Positions 9,724 through 20,227 of a stretch of DNA of 64,000 nucleotides are shown piece by piece; position 1 is the first letter of the stretch; each line of letters starts with the position of its first letter. Both the position numbers and the translations under genes were made by a program. Where the stretch lies: positions 736,001-800,000 of the forward strand of contig CAWJYV010000007.1 in NCBI GenBank assembly GCA_963847185.1. The letters are read 5' to 3'. The notes under the pieces were generated by a model. The model searched no databases, had not been told where the DNA came from, and worked only from the letters and a program-made list of their open reading frames with translations. The DNA comes from an uncultured Methanosarcinaceae archaeon (lineage in GTDB: Archaea; Halobacteriota; Methanosarcinia; Methanosarcinales; Methanosarcinaceae).

Positions 9724-10045
9724 TCTTTAATGAGCTTTGACCGATCTACTTTGACTGATCTAATTTTTTCAATTTTCTTTTTTATATTTTAAATTGAACT
9801 TTAATAAACCTTGAGTGCTATGTGCCGTGCCAGATGCTCTATGACGCTGCAGTGACTGAAAAAAACCTTAGTCGTTATTTTCTCTTTCTGAATGTGTTAA
9901 ACTACAAAACAAGAGAAGGAAAAGACCTGATTGAGAAGCAAATCCAATAAAAAGTACAGATAAAAATTCATATCCATATCTTCGAATATATGAGAATAAG
10001 CAATTGAGAATTCTAAACTGAAAAACCTGCGGAAATGAGAAAATT

Positions 10046-10204
10046 TTAGATATTCGGTTTACTCCGAACATCATGACGTAGAGTCAAGATCAAAAGGAGA
10101 AGCAGCACTAGGCCAATGATCATTAGAATAATGGAATATTCAAACGCTACATCCGCAGGAATTTGCCGGCTAATAGATTCGGCATTCCCAACCAACGAAG
10201 ACAT
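10046..10204 (-). CDS. Small single-pass membrane protein (52 aa), not in ORF track
   Basis: MSSLVGNAESISRQIPADVAFEYSIILMIIGLVLLLLLILTLRHDVRSKPNI. TATA-like TTTATATC about 23 nt upstream suggests a leaderless mRNA. Confidence 0.65.
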   Translation of the reverse strand: MSSLVGNAESISRQIPADVAFEYSIILMIIGLVLLLLLILTLRHDVRSKPNI

Positions 10205-10359
10205 ATTATAGTATTAATATCGAAGATATAAATAAATTACTAAAAACGCGCACAATGGAAATAGATACATATTTTAGCTTTATTTTTAAATTATTTACTA
10301 AATATTCTGAATTAATTTATTCTAATGACTAAAATGACCTTTTCAGCGGAAGAGCTATT

Positions 10360-11613
10360 TCAATACTTAAAAATAGCCTCAATTAAAGGTTCTGCAAGAT
10401 TCAGTATATCTTCCTTAAAAGAGAAGATATTACCTGAAAAAGTAGAAGATTCTCCCCTGAATAATTCTTTTTTCAGTTTTTTCCCAAGGATGTCGTCGTT
10501 TCCTGCTGCCAGCCTGAGCACAATCGAGCCCGGGAATATTTCAGTCTGGAAGGCGAGGTTGTCGCAGTCTCCATCCGTGCTTCCCAGAATAGGAATCCCA
10601 AGCCTGCAGAGGATATCGCCTGCTATGGCTGTAGTATCGTCTCCTATGTTGACTGCGAGTTCAGCTCCTGCAGCGAGTTCAAACGTACGTTCTGCAGAAT
10701 GGTCTATAAGCACTATTTTTTCCTGTTCTGGACTTGCAAAAAGAATTCGAACTCATAACCATTGTATTTTGCTTTCGGTATTTCAGGGAAGTAAAATCGC
10801 TTCTTCTAAGGTTTCCACTTTTTACCCAGGCCTTTGCAAGGTCAACAGGATCTCTTTTTTCATAATTATGCAGTTTTTCAAGTCCATGCTCTTTTATTTC
10901 TCCCCCTTCGATTGCGATAATAAAGCCGTTTTCGGAAATTATGCTTATTTCGGAGGACAGGGCTTTTCCAATCACAATTCCATTTACCAGAATATTTTCT
11001 TCGGGAAAAACCCCTGAAAGCTTTCGAATAACCCGGATTTTACCTATATCAGAGCATTTTTTCACAAAAATCGAACTTTGAGAACCTGAATTTTGAGAAC
11101 CTGAATTTTGAGAACCTGAATTTTGAGAACCTGAATTTTGAGAACCTGAATTTTGAAGAGATAAAAGAATCACGGCAGGAACTTCAAGAATTTCAGAAAG
11201 TTTTTCAAGATACTTTCCAGCCTTTTTATTAAGCGGTATCAATTTTCCATCTGGAGAATCCGGGCTCTCTATCTGGATAAGAGGGCTAACATCTGGCTCT
11301 TTGAGCCGGGCAGTAACCATTCCTCCGAATATCCTGCCGGTTTCGACCGTTTTCCCCCTATTTAGGAGGCAGATAATACATGAACTCGCAAAGCCTGATG
11401 AACTTTCAAAAAAAGAGTCAATGCAGGCACTAGGCTTCAGGTTTCCACTAATGTCTATAAAGTTCTCAAGTCCGGCATCAAGAACAGCTGTTTTTCCCAT
11501 GGTTCCCCCAAGCCTAGCTTCTACTGTGCCCATACAGGAAAGCTTTTCAAGGACTTTTTTGCTTCCCCCGAATCTATTACCTCGGGTCCGTGAATTACCA
11601 GGCTGATCTTCAT
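10360..11613 (-). pseudogene. DUF2117-like gene interrupted by two homopolymer frameshifts
   Basis: N-term MKISLVIHGPEVIDSG (ATG 11613), middle GGTMGKTAVLDA, C-term IGDDTT...TDGDCD. Frame changes at A6 runs 11555-11560 and 10716-10721. Confidence 0.75.
11077..11156. repeat. 15-bp tandem repeat x5 (encodes SQNSG)
   Basis: TTTGAGAACCTGAAT repeated perfectly. Confidence 0.95.
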
Positions 11614-12013
11614 TTAGAATGATTTAAAGTAAGACACATATTAATGCACTCCTTTTAGCAGCTCTTAAACTGAAAGCTAACTGAAACATCTAACTACACC
11701 AAATTATTTATCAATTAGTTAAAAAGCAGTGTTGTAGACACTCTTATTGAGCTCAGTTTTTAGAAATCTAACTTTTTGAGATTTAAAAATAATGTTAAAT
11801 TTTTTTACTTCACTTTTTGTTTTTATGCTGGAAAATTATGGTCTTTTTACAAGTAAATGCTTCAGTTGAGCCTTATTCTTCAAATAAACCCTCTGAATCT
11901 AGGCCTATAATTATTCCAAAAAGTAAGAGAAAGGTTTAAAGATTTTAAGTAAGTTATCAAGTATTCATATTTTTTTAAATAAAAAATAAACAAAAGATAA
12001 AAGAGGAAAACGG

Positions 12014-15000
12014 ATGAAAAATAAGGAAAAGTTGGATTCAATAGGCATAATTTCGATAGCCCTGATTCTACTACTATTAACTTGCGTATTATCGGCAGCA
12101 GCAGCATCGAATAACCATGAATACGGGGATTCGGCAGTCAAAAATAAAAAACCTGTTGCAAATTTCAGTACAAATGTTACTGAAGGCTATGCTCCTCTTA
12201 ATGTGCAGTTTATGGACTCATCTGAATATGCAACTGGATGGAACTGGGAATTTGGAGATGGAAGTAGTGATTCTACAAACGAAAGTCCAGCTCATTCGTA
12301 TACAGTTCCTGGGACGTATAATGTCAATCTAACAGTAACAAATGAAAAAGGCACTGATTCAAAGTTTGTCACTGTAACTGTTTTAGAAAAACCGGCAACA
12401 GTAGTTCCTGTTGCAAGTTTCAATATCAAAGTAAGCGGTTATGCTCCTCTTTACATCCAGTTTACATCACAATCGGAAAATACAACCGGATTAATCTGGG
12501 AGTTTGGAGATGGAAGTGATGACTCGACATACACAAATCCAACTCATTTGTATACAATTCCAGGAACTTACAACGTTAGTTTAACCTCAATAAATGGTAC
12601 GAAATCAACATTTGCCACAATAACCGTTTTAGAAAAACTTGGAGTAATATTTCCCATAGCGAATTTCAGTTCTAATATTACTGAAGGTTACACTCCTTTA
12701 TCAGTCCAGTTCACAGATCTGTCGGAAAATGCAACTGAAAGAAACTGGGACTTTGAAAACGACGGAACAGTAGACTCAACAGACAGAAATCCAATTTATA
12801 GATACATATCTCCAGGAAATTATACGGTGAACCTGACAGCAAGTAATGAATACGGTACAGATTCAAAGCTAGTGACAATAATTGCTTTAGAACAGCCTGC
12901 AATAGTAGTTCCTGAGGCAAATTTCAGTGCTAATGTTACTGAGGGTTACGCTCCCCTCTCAGTCCATTTCACAGACCTGTCTATAAATGCAACAGAGAGA
13001 GACTGGGAATTTGGAGATGGAAATAACTCTACAGACGAAACTCCATTTTATGTGTACGCAGTTCCCGGAACTTATAATGTCAGCCTGACCGTAATCAACG
13101 AAAACGGTACAGATTCAAAGTTGATTACAGTAACCGTATTAGAAAAGCCTGAACCGATATTTCCTGCAGCGAACTTCAGTACCAACGTAACCAGCGGTTA
13201 TGCTCCTCTCAATGTCCAGTTTACAGATAAATCGGAAAATGCAATGGAAGTGAGCTGGGATTTTAATAGTGACGGATCAGTAGACTCCATGGAAAGGGAT
13301 CAAATTTATCAATTTGAAGATTCAGGAAATTATACGGTTAATCTGACAGCAATTAATGAAAATGGTACAAGTTCAAATTCTATTACAATAACTGTTTTAG
13401 AAAAGCCTGAACCATTACTTCCTGTAGCAAACTTCAGTACCAATGTAACCAGCGGTTATGCTCCACTTTTTGTTCAGTTTACAGACCTATCCGAAAATGC
13501 AACAGAAAGAAACTGGGATATTGACAATGACGGAATTGCTGACTATAACAATGAGAGCTTCAGTCATCTGTATGAAAATCCAGGAAACTATACGGCTAAC
13601 TTGACAGCAATTAACGGGAACGGAACGGATTCAAAGTTGGTTACGGTAACCGTATTAGAAAAGCCTGAACCGGTAATCCCGGTGGCAAATTTCAGTATCA
13701 ATATTACAGAAGGCTATGCTCCTCTTTATGTGCAGTTTATGGATCTCTCGCAAAATGCAACAGGATGGAACTGGGACTTTGGAGATGGAATTAATTCAAC
13801 TGAGCAGAATCCAATGCATACTTATTATGTAGCAGGAAACTATACGGTTAATCTGACGGTAGGCAACGGGAACGGTACTAATTCAAAGTTTGCCAAAATA
13901 ACCGCATCAGTAAAACCTGAAACATTAGTACCTGTAGTACCTGTAGCGAATTTCAGTACTAATCTTACTGAAGGTTATGCACCCCTATCAATACAGTTTA
14001 CAGATTTATCTAAAAATGCAACAGGGTGGAAATGGTACTTTGGGGATGGGACAAATTCAACAGAACAAAATCCGGTACACACTTACAATAAAACAGGAAA
14101 ATACACCATTACGTTGACGGCAAATAATGCGGCTGGCAGTAATACAATAGCAAAATATGGATATATAAATATTATAAGTGACATGAAAATTCCTGTTGCT
14201 GATTTCTCTGTATCCCAGACCTCAGGAAGTACCTCTCTAAATATCAGCTTCACTGACAACAGTACGGGATCCCCAAAGGCATGGAAATGGTACTTTGGAG
14301 ACGGAACAAACTCAACGGAACAAAATCCCGTACATACGTACAATAAAACAGGAAAATACACCGTCAGCTTAGTAGTAACTAATCCGATGGGTGCTAATTC
14401 AATAACGAAATATAATCATATAATTCTTGCAAACGACATAAAAATTCCTGTTGCTGATTTCTCTGCATCCCAGACTTCAGGAAGTGCACCTCAAAATATC
14501 AGCTTTACTGACAACAGTACGGGATTGCCAACGGCATGGAAATGGTACTTTGGGGACGGGACAAATTCAACAGAACAAAATCCTGTACATACGTATACTA
14601 AAGCAGGAAAATACACCGTTACGTTGACGGTAAATAATATGTTGGGTACCAATACGGTAGCAAAATATGGGCATATAAATCTCACAAACGATATGAGAAC
14701 TCCTGAGGCTGATTTCTCTGCATCCCAGATTTCAGGAAGTGCACCTCTAAATATCAGTTTTACTGACAACAGTATGGGATTACCAACGGCATGGAAATGG
14801 TACTTCGGAGACGGGACAAATTCAACAGAACAAAATCCTGTACACACATATAATAAAACAGGAAAATATACCGTCAGCTTAATAGTAAGTAATCTGATGG
14901 GTTCTAATACAGCAACAAAATACAGCTACATAAGTCTCATAAATGATATGGATGTTCCGGTTGTTGATTTCTCTGCAACTCCGGTGTCAGGAAACTCTCC

Positions 15001-15208
15001 CCTGGATGTAAGCTTTACTGACAATAGTAAGGGATCTCCAACATCATGGAAATGGAATTTTGGAGACGGGACGAATTCGATAGAGCAAAATCCTGTCCAT
15101 ACATACAATCAAGAAGGAAAATACAGTGTCAGCTTGACGGTAAACAATCTAAAAGGCAGTAATTCAGTAGCAAGATACAAATACATAACAGTCTCCAAAA
15201 GCAAATGA
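12014..15208 (+). CDS. Secreted protein of about 12 tandem PKD domains
   Basis: Signal peptide, then 12 repeats of PVANF...G.APL.V.F.D.S...W.W.FGDG. Many NxS/T sequons. Confidence 0.93.
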   Translation: MKNKEKLDSIGIISIALILLLLTCVLSAAAASNNHEYGDSAVKNKKPVANFSTNVTEGYAPLNVQFMDSSEYATGWNWEFGDGSSDSTNESPAHSYTVPGTYNVNLTVTNEKGTDSKFVTVTVLEKPATVVPVASFNIKVSGYAPLYIQFTSQSENTTGLIWEFGDGSDDSTYTNPTHLYTIPGTYNVSLTSINGTKSTFATITVLEKLGVIFPIANFSSNITEGYTPLSVQFTDLSENATERNWDFENDGTVDSTDRNPIYRYISPGNYTVNLTASNEYGTDSKLVTIIALEQPAIVVPEANFSANVTEGYAPLSVHFTDLSINATERDWEFGDGNNSTDETPFYVYAVPGTYNVSLTVINENGTDSKLITVTVLEKPEPIFPAANFSTNVTSGYAPLNVQFTDKSENAMEVSWDFNSDGSVDSMERDQIYQFEDSGNYTVNLTAINENGTSSNSITITVLEKPEPLLPVANFSTNVTSGYAPLFVQFTDLSENATERNWDIDNDGIADYNNESFSHLYENPGNYTANLTAINGNGTDSKLVTVTVLEKPEPVIPVANFSINITEGYAPLYVQFMDLSQNATGWNWDFGDGINSTEQNPMHTYYVAGNYTVNLTVGNGNGTNSKFAKITASVKPETLVPVVPVANFSTNLTEGYAPLSIQFTDLSKNATGWKWYFGDGTNSTEQNPVHTYNKTGKYTITLTANNAAGSNTIAKYGYINIISDMKIPVADFSVSQTSGSTSLNISFTDNSTGSPKAWKWYFGDGTNSTEQNPVHTYNKTGKYTVSLVVTNPMGANSITKYNHIILANDIKIPVADFSASQTSGSAPQNISFTDNSTGLPTAWKWYFGDGTNSTEQNPVHTYTKAGKYTVTLTVNNMLGTNTVAKYGHINLTNDMRTPEADFSASQISGSAPLNISFTDNSMGLPTAWKWYFGDGTNSTEQNPVHTYNKTGKYTVSLIVSNLMGSNTATKYSYISLINDMDVPVVDFSATPVSGNSPLDVSFTDNSKGSPTSWKWNFGDGTNSIEQNPVHTYNQEGKYSVSLTVNNLKGSNSVARYKYITVSKSK

Positions 15209-15519
15209 GTAACTTAGATGAAAAGCAGTAATAAATGAAAAGCAGTAATAAGTCTAGGCTAAATGGTAGTGTTGAGTTCATAGTTGAATTTAACAAAAAC
15301 CCTTAGCCTTCTTAAGTAATAGTCACCGTTTTAACTTTCCTTCTAATTATTCTGTTTTAATATTCTTGTTGTAGCGGTTAGTTACGTTCAACATTTTCTA
15401 GTTTTATGAAAACTAATTAAGATAAGGGTAAAACTCCCAATCTTAGTTCGTAAATTATAGAAAACTAAATTACTGATCGTCACATTCTGGCAAAAACATA
15501 GTTATGAAGAGGCAAAGAG

Positions 15520-16212
15520 ATGGCTGACGTAAAAATTACCTGGCTTGGACATTCTGCTTTTTTGCTCAAAGCCGAAAAGGAAGTATTGATCGATCCTTTT
15601 ATTTCAGGAAATCCGAAGGCTCCTTGCAGCCCTGAAGATCTGGATCCTGATATCATAGCCGTAACTCACGGACACCGCGACCATCTGGGGGATGCGGTAG
15701 AAATAGGAAAAATGACTGGATGCCGTATTGTTTCCATCCATGAGGTTGCAAATTACATCAAATCAAAAGGCGTTTTTGCGGAGGGCATTAATAAAAGCGG
15801 GACAATCAATATAGAAGGTATAACTTTAACGATGACTGAAGCACTTCACTCATCTTCAATTGATGCTTCCGGCTTCAGATTCGATGGAGGCTGCCCTGCT
15901 GGCTTTGTGATAGGAATTGGAGGACTTTCTATTTATCATGCAGGAGATACGGGTGTTTTTGGGGATATGCAGCTTATTGGCGAACTCTATGAACCTGATA
16001 TAGCCCTTTTGCCGATAGGAGACAGGTTTACCATGGGAATAAAGGAAGCCGTAAAAGCTGTAGAACTCATCCGGCCCAAAATTGTTGTGCCCATGCATTA
16101 CAACACCTTTGATGTGATTAGGCAGGACCCTGAAGAATTCAAAAGAGCCGTGGAAGCAAAAGTCGATACAAAAGTTGTTATTATGAAACCCGGAGAAACC
16201 ATCGAATTTTAA
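15520..16212 (+). CDS. Metal-dependent hydrolase, MBL fold (UPF0173)
   Basis: [22 protein letters not shown] and PMHYNTF motifs. Confidence 0.92.
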   Translation: MADVKITWLGHSAFLLKAEKEVLIDPFISGNPKAPCSPEDLDPDIIAVTHGHRDHLGDAVEIGKMTGCRIVSIHEVANYIKSKGVFAEGINKSGTINIEGITLTMTEALHSSSIDASGFRFDGGCPAGFVIGIGGLSIYHAGDTGVFGDMQLIGELYEPDIALLPIGDRFTMGIKEAVKAVELIRPKIVVPMHYNTFDVIRQDPEEFKRAVEAKVDTKVVIMKPGETIEF

Positions 16213-16412
16213 TTTCTCATTTCAAGTTCATTTAGTTAAATATAAAAGTAGAAGAGATCAGATAAATCAGAATTACTTAGATGTTACTTTAAACCTCTTC
16301 TTTTTTAAACCTATTCTATTCAGGACTCTAATTTCAGCAATTTTCTGTTCAGGATTCTAATTTTCAGCCCTATTCTCTTAAAAGGCCTTTAATTTTTTTC
16401 ATATCCTGACCC

Positions 16413-18317
16413 TCAGATTCCAAGCTTTTTTCTCTTTTCCATAATGTGCTGTTCTATCCCATCAACTGCTTTTACAGCATCCTTTTCCACATTCAGGATT
16501 CCACCTGTAACTTCACGACAGTCTTCTGTAAGCAGTTTGACCAGATTCGGAGCGCCTGTGACGGTCGGGATAGGATTCACATATGTATAGAGACCGAGAG
16601 CCAGGGCAAATATGGCATCTATTGTAGCTTTCTGCTCCATATACTCAGGAGCTGCAGCAGCAATAGGAAGGTCTGGAACTGGAACACCTCCAAGAGCTCC
16701 GGAAATGGCTCCTAGGAGATCGGCAAGCCTGCCTGTATCGGTGCATGTCCCATAACTGAGCACTGGAGGAACACCAAGGGCTTCGCATACAGCTTTCAGG
16801 CTATCTCCTGCAAATTCTCTGGCTTCAGGAGTACAGAGGCCTGCAACCTGCATGGCCCCATTCCCGCAGCCCATAGACAGGACGAGAATATTTCTTTTGA
16901 TCAGCTCTTTTACCACGGCAACGCTGTGCACGTCCTGTCCATAGTCCCTTAGAGTGGTACAGGAAACCATCCCGACAACTCCTTTAATCGAACCGCTTTT
17001 TATGGCATTAAGGAGTGGGTCAAGGCTGCCTCCCAGAGCCTCAAGGATGCTCTCGCTTGAAAAGCCAACCATTGCTTCTTTCATAGGTAGTTTCAAAACC
17101 GGTTCTACCGAACTTCTCCGTTTTTTGAAATTTTCAATCGCCATATCCAGAAGTTGTGCTGCCTGCTTTTCTGCTTCTACAGGGTTATAGTTAAGGCGTT
17201 CTTCGATGCCTTCGAAGGCCACAAGCTCACTTACAGGCATGAGTTTGAAATTATATTTTTCGGCGTAGAGAGGAGCGACAGGGAGTGAACAGTTCATGTC
17301 TGCGGCAAAGAGGTCCACACTTCCGCTTGCAAGCACCGCTTCCTGGGAAATCCAATTGCCGGTAAATCCATAGAACACATCATCTTCCTCCCATCTCTGG
17401 ATCATCTCCTGTCCAGTTTCGATGTTAGCGATAACCCTCAGGCCTTTTGCCCCTACAGCTTTTGCTTTTTCCTGCCATCCCGATTTTCGGGCAAGCTGAA
17501 CCATGGCAAAGCCGAGGAACGGCTCGTGCCCGTTAGGGAGCACATTTACGAATTCAGGGTCCAGGACTCCAAGATCTACTCTCATATTGTGGGGCTTTGG
17601 AATCCCGAAAAGAATGTCCTGACAATATTCATTTACAATCTGGCTCTGATATCCCATCGCAATTCCCATGCGCATGGCTTTCAGGGCCAGGCTCGAATAA
17701 TACCCATCCACGTTTGTCAGGCAGGAACTTGTAGAAAGCATCATTTCTCCGTAGATCCCACCAGGGAATATTTCCAGCGCTTTCCATTTTTCTTTTCTTT
17801 CGGGAGGAGCAAGGAGCTCAACAATCCGGCTCGGTTCGTAGGCAGGTCTGTTAAAATCCTTTTCTACAAATTCGCACAGGCGAAGAGCAACTTCCGAGTC
17901 GGATCCGTCGGTTTCAATTCCCAACCGCCCTGCAAACGTCCTTAACTTTTCAGGTTCTCTTATAGTATAAGGAGTGCTGCCTCTGGCAGTTTCTCTCAAA
18001 GTCCTGATAGTCTGGTCAGTATGGTAGTGATAAGTCGAAGCTCCCATTACATTTCTGAGGAGCATCATCCTCATTGCCATACCATCGGCAGTGATTCCGC
18101 ATACCCCTCTTTTGTCCTTTGCAGCATCCGAGCGGCAGGGACCGTTGGAACAGAGGTCACAGCGCACCCCTCTCATACAGAACAAACACCTTTTGTCTGG
18201 ATCTCCTCCAAGGCCCTGCGCCTCATAACGGTCCCAGACGTTTGTCATACTGTCTTTTTTTATCCGATCGTACATTTTTTGAACGGAGTCGTGATAAGAT
18301 ATCCTATCTTTGTCCAT
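16413..18317 (-). CDS. cooS: Ni-dependent CO dehydrogenase-like protein (CooS, atypical)
   Basis: B-cluster motif CDLCSNGPC...VCG, plus NGH, DMNC, VSC, GC, GTCTD and EQKA. Likely start MDKDRIS at 18317. Confidence 0.9.
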   Translation of the reverse strand: MDKDRISYHDSVQKMYDRIKKDSMTNVWDRYEAQGLGGDPDKRCLFCMRGVRCDLCSNGPCRSDAAKDKRGVCGITADGMAMRMMLLRNVMGASTYHYHTDQTIRTLRETARGSTPYTIREPEKLRTFAGRLGIETDGSDSEVALRLCEFVEKDFNRPAYEPSRIVELLAPPERKEKWKALEIFPGGIYGEMMLSTSSCLTNVDGYYSSLALKAMRMGIAMGYQSQIVNEYCQDILFGIPKPHNMRVDLGVLDPEFVNVLPNGHEPFLGFAMVQLARKSGWQEKAKAVGAKGLRVIANIETGQEMIQRWEEDDVFYGFTGNWISQEAVLASGSVDLFAADMNCSLPVAPLYAEKYNFKLMPVSELVAFEGIEERLNYNPVEAEKQAAQLLDMAIENFKKRRSSVEPVLKLPMKEAMVGFSSESILEALGGSLDPLLNAIKSGSIKGVVGMVSCTTLRDYGQDVHSVAVVKELIKRNILVLSMGCGNGAMQVAGLCTPEAREFAGDSLKAVCEALGVPPVLSYGTCTDTGRLADLLGAISGALGGVPVPDLPIAAAAPEYMEQKATIDAIFALALGLYTYVNPIPTVTGAPNLVKLLTEDCREVTGGILNVEKDAVKAVDGIEQHIMEKRKKLGI

Positions 18318-18696
18318 TGTTCTAATCCCCCAATACGAATTCCCTTTTCCCGCCTCTCCACGAAATATTTGAAAAGTTCCTTCTGACTTACTCATATGAA
18401 TAGTTTCATTAAACAGATCCACAGCAGTAGGCATTCTTGTAGATGACTATACGTATAAGTAAGCGCAGGAAATATTTACATTTTTAGGATTTACTACGCT
18501 TGAGAAATAAAAAGTCTACAGACAATACAAAAAAAATTAATATTAATACAGAAATACTGGATACAAACGTTTGAAAAAAATTGAACTTGAGAAAACTACC
18601 GATTTCAACTATTAATATTACAAAACAATATAAGAAGTTTCAGTATTGTTAACCTATACGGTTTTATATAATTAACACGAACACATCGGAATTAAC

Positions 18697-19959
18697 ATGA
18701 CTACAAATATAAAAACGATTCCAGTCGCTTACGGAAGCGGGATTTTTGAGCTGAACATTCCTCAAAAAAATATATCCAGTGTTATCCTGCCTTCGGAACC
18801 TGAAATCAGGGAAAAAGGAGCTCTTTTAATAAAAAAAGCGCTTGAGAATCCTGTAAAAAGCAGGAGGCTTTCTGAGATTGTAAACCCCAACTCAAAGGTT
18901 GCAATCATGGTTAGCGATGTTACCAGACCGACACCAACCGCAAAGATTCTTCCTCCTCTTCTTGAGGAACTCTATCTGGGAGGAGCAAAGAAAGAAAATA
19001 TTACCATTGTGTTTGCTCTCGGACTCCACCGTTTACAGACCGAAGAAGAATGCCGACAGCTTGTAGGGAAAGAAATCTTCGAAAGTATAAGGTGCATTCA
19101 GCATGACAGGGAAAGGTGCAGACATATAGGGGAAACGAGTTTTGGGACGCCTGTTGAAGTCTTTGAAGAAGTACTTGACTCGGACCTGATAATAAGTACT
19201 GGAACACTGGAGTTTCACTATTATGCAGGATATGGGGGAGGAGGAAAAGCTATCCTTCCTGGAGTTAGTTCGGAAAAAGCTATAATTTCTTTCCACAGCT
19301 TTTATAGCAAGCTCTTTGAAGGCTCGCCTCTTTCAGGAAGAGTTAACAGTCCGGCAAGACAGAATATAGAAGAAGCTGCAAAGATTGCAGGCCTGACTTT
19401 TATACTCAACGTCGTGATAGACAGCAAAAAAGAGATAGTTGCTGCCGTTGCAGGCGATTTTGTCGAGGCTCACAGGAAAGGAGCAGAGTATGTGGACTCA
19501 ATGTACAAAGTACCTGTAGAACCCGCGGATGCTGTAGTTGTTTCCTGTGGGGGTTACCCAAAAGATATCAATCTCTACCAGGCGACAAAATCCCTTGAAA
19601 ATGCTATTCCTGCCGTAAAAAAGGGAGGTTCAATTATCCTTGTTGCCGAATGTGCTGAAGGAATAGGAAACCAGGTCTATGAACGCTGGAACAGTGAATG
19701 CAGGACTCCCTGTGAAGCGGTAGAGAAGTTCAGGGAATGCTTCGAGTTCGGAGGCCATAAATCCGCTATTGTAGGAAAGGCTGCAAAAGATTTCAAACTT
19801 TATATTGTCTCAAAACTTCCTGAAAAAGAAAGTAAAAACGCCTTTTTCATACCTGCTAAAAGTATAGATGAAGCACTTCAAAAGATCATTTCCGAGAATC
19901 CTGAAGCTAGAATTCATGTTATGCCCAATGGCGGGTGGACCTTGCCTGTAAAAAAATAA
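18697..19959 (+). CDS. larA: LarA-family nickel-pincer racemase/epimerase, paralog 1
   Basis: DVTRPTP, ALGLHR, FHYYAGYGGGGKAILPG and DINLYQATK motifs. Confidence 0.88.
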   Translation: MTTNIKTIPVAYGSGIFELNIPQKNISSVILPSEPEIREKGALLIKKALENPVKSRRLSEIVNPNSKVAIMVSDVTRPTPTAKILPPLLEELYLGGAKKENITIVFALGLHRLQTEEECRQLVGKEIFESIRCIQHDRERCRHIGETSFGTPVEVFEEVLDSDLIISTGTLEFHYYAGYGGGGKAILPGVSSEKAIISFHSFYSKLFEGSPLSGRVNSPARQNIEEAAKIAGLTFILNVVIDSKKEIVAAVAGDFVEAHRKGAEYVDSMYKVPVEPADAVVVSCGGYPKDINLYQATKSLENAIPAVKKGGSIILVAECAEGIGNQVYERWNSECRTPCEAVEKFRECFEFGGHKSAIVGKAAKDFKLYIVSKLPEKESKNAFFIPAKSIDEALQKIISENPEARIHVMPNGGWTLPVKK

Positions 19960-20227
19960 AACAAGAATTAAATACAAAGTAATGAATAAAATGTTTATAA
20001 TCAAAAACAGAAAGCTGAAAGCAATCCTGTAAGAAATCGAGCCAGTAAAGTTTAGAGCCATTACATCTGATCCACGCTTGAATAAAGAGACTTAAAGCGC
20101 AGGTTTGAACTGCCTTTAATGAACTGCCTTTAAGTATGTTTTATAATTGTTTATCCCTATATTTTTACTATTAAAGAAAAAAGTATCAAGATAAAAATGG
20201 TATCAAGATGAAACCAACGGCATAAAC

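Noticed and set aside
9868-10074. 68-aa hydrophobic ORF
   Set aside because: Overlaps the 52-aa ORF and has no SD. T-rich DNA can explain the hydrophobicity.
10325-11017. 230-aa + strand ORF, and similar antisense ORFs across the window
   Set aside because: Shadows of real genes on the opposite strand.
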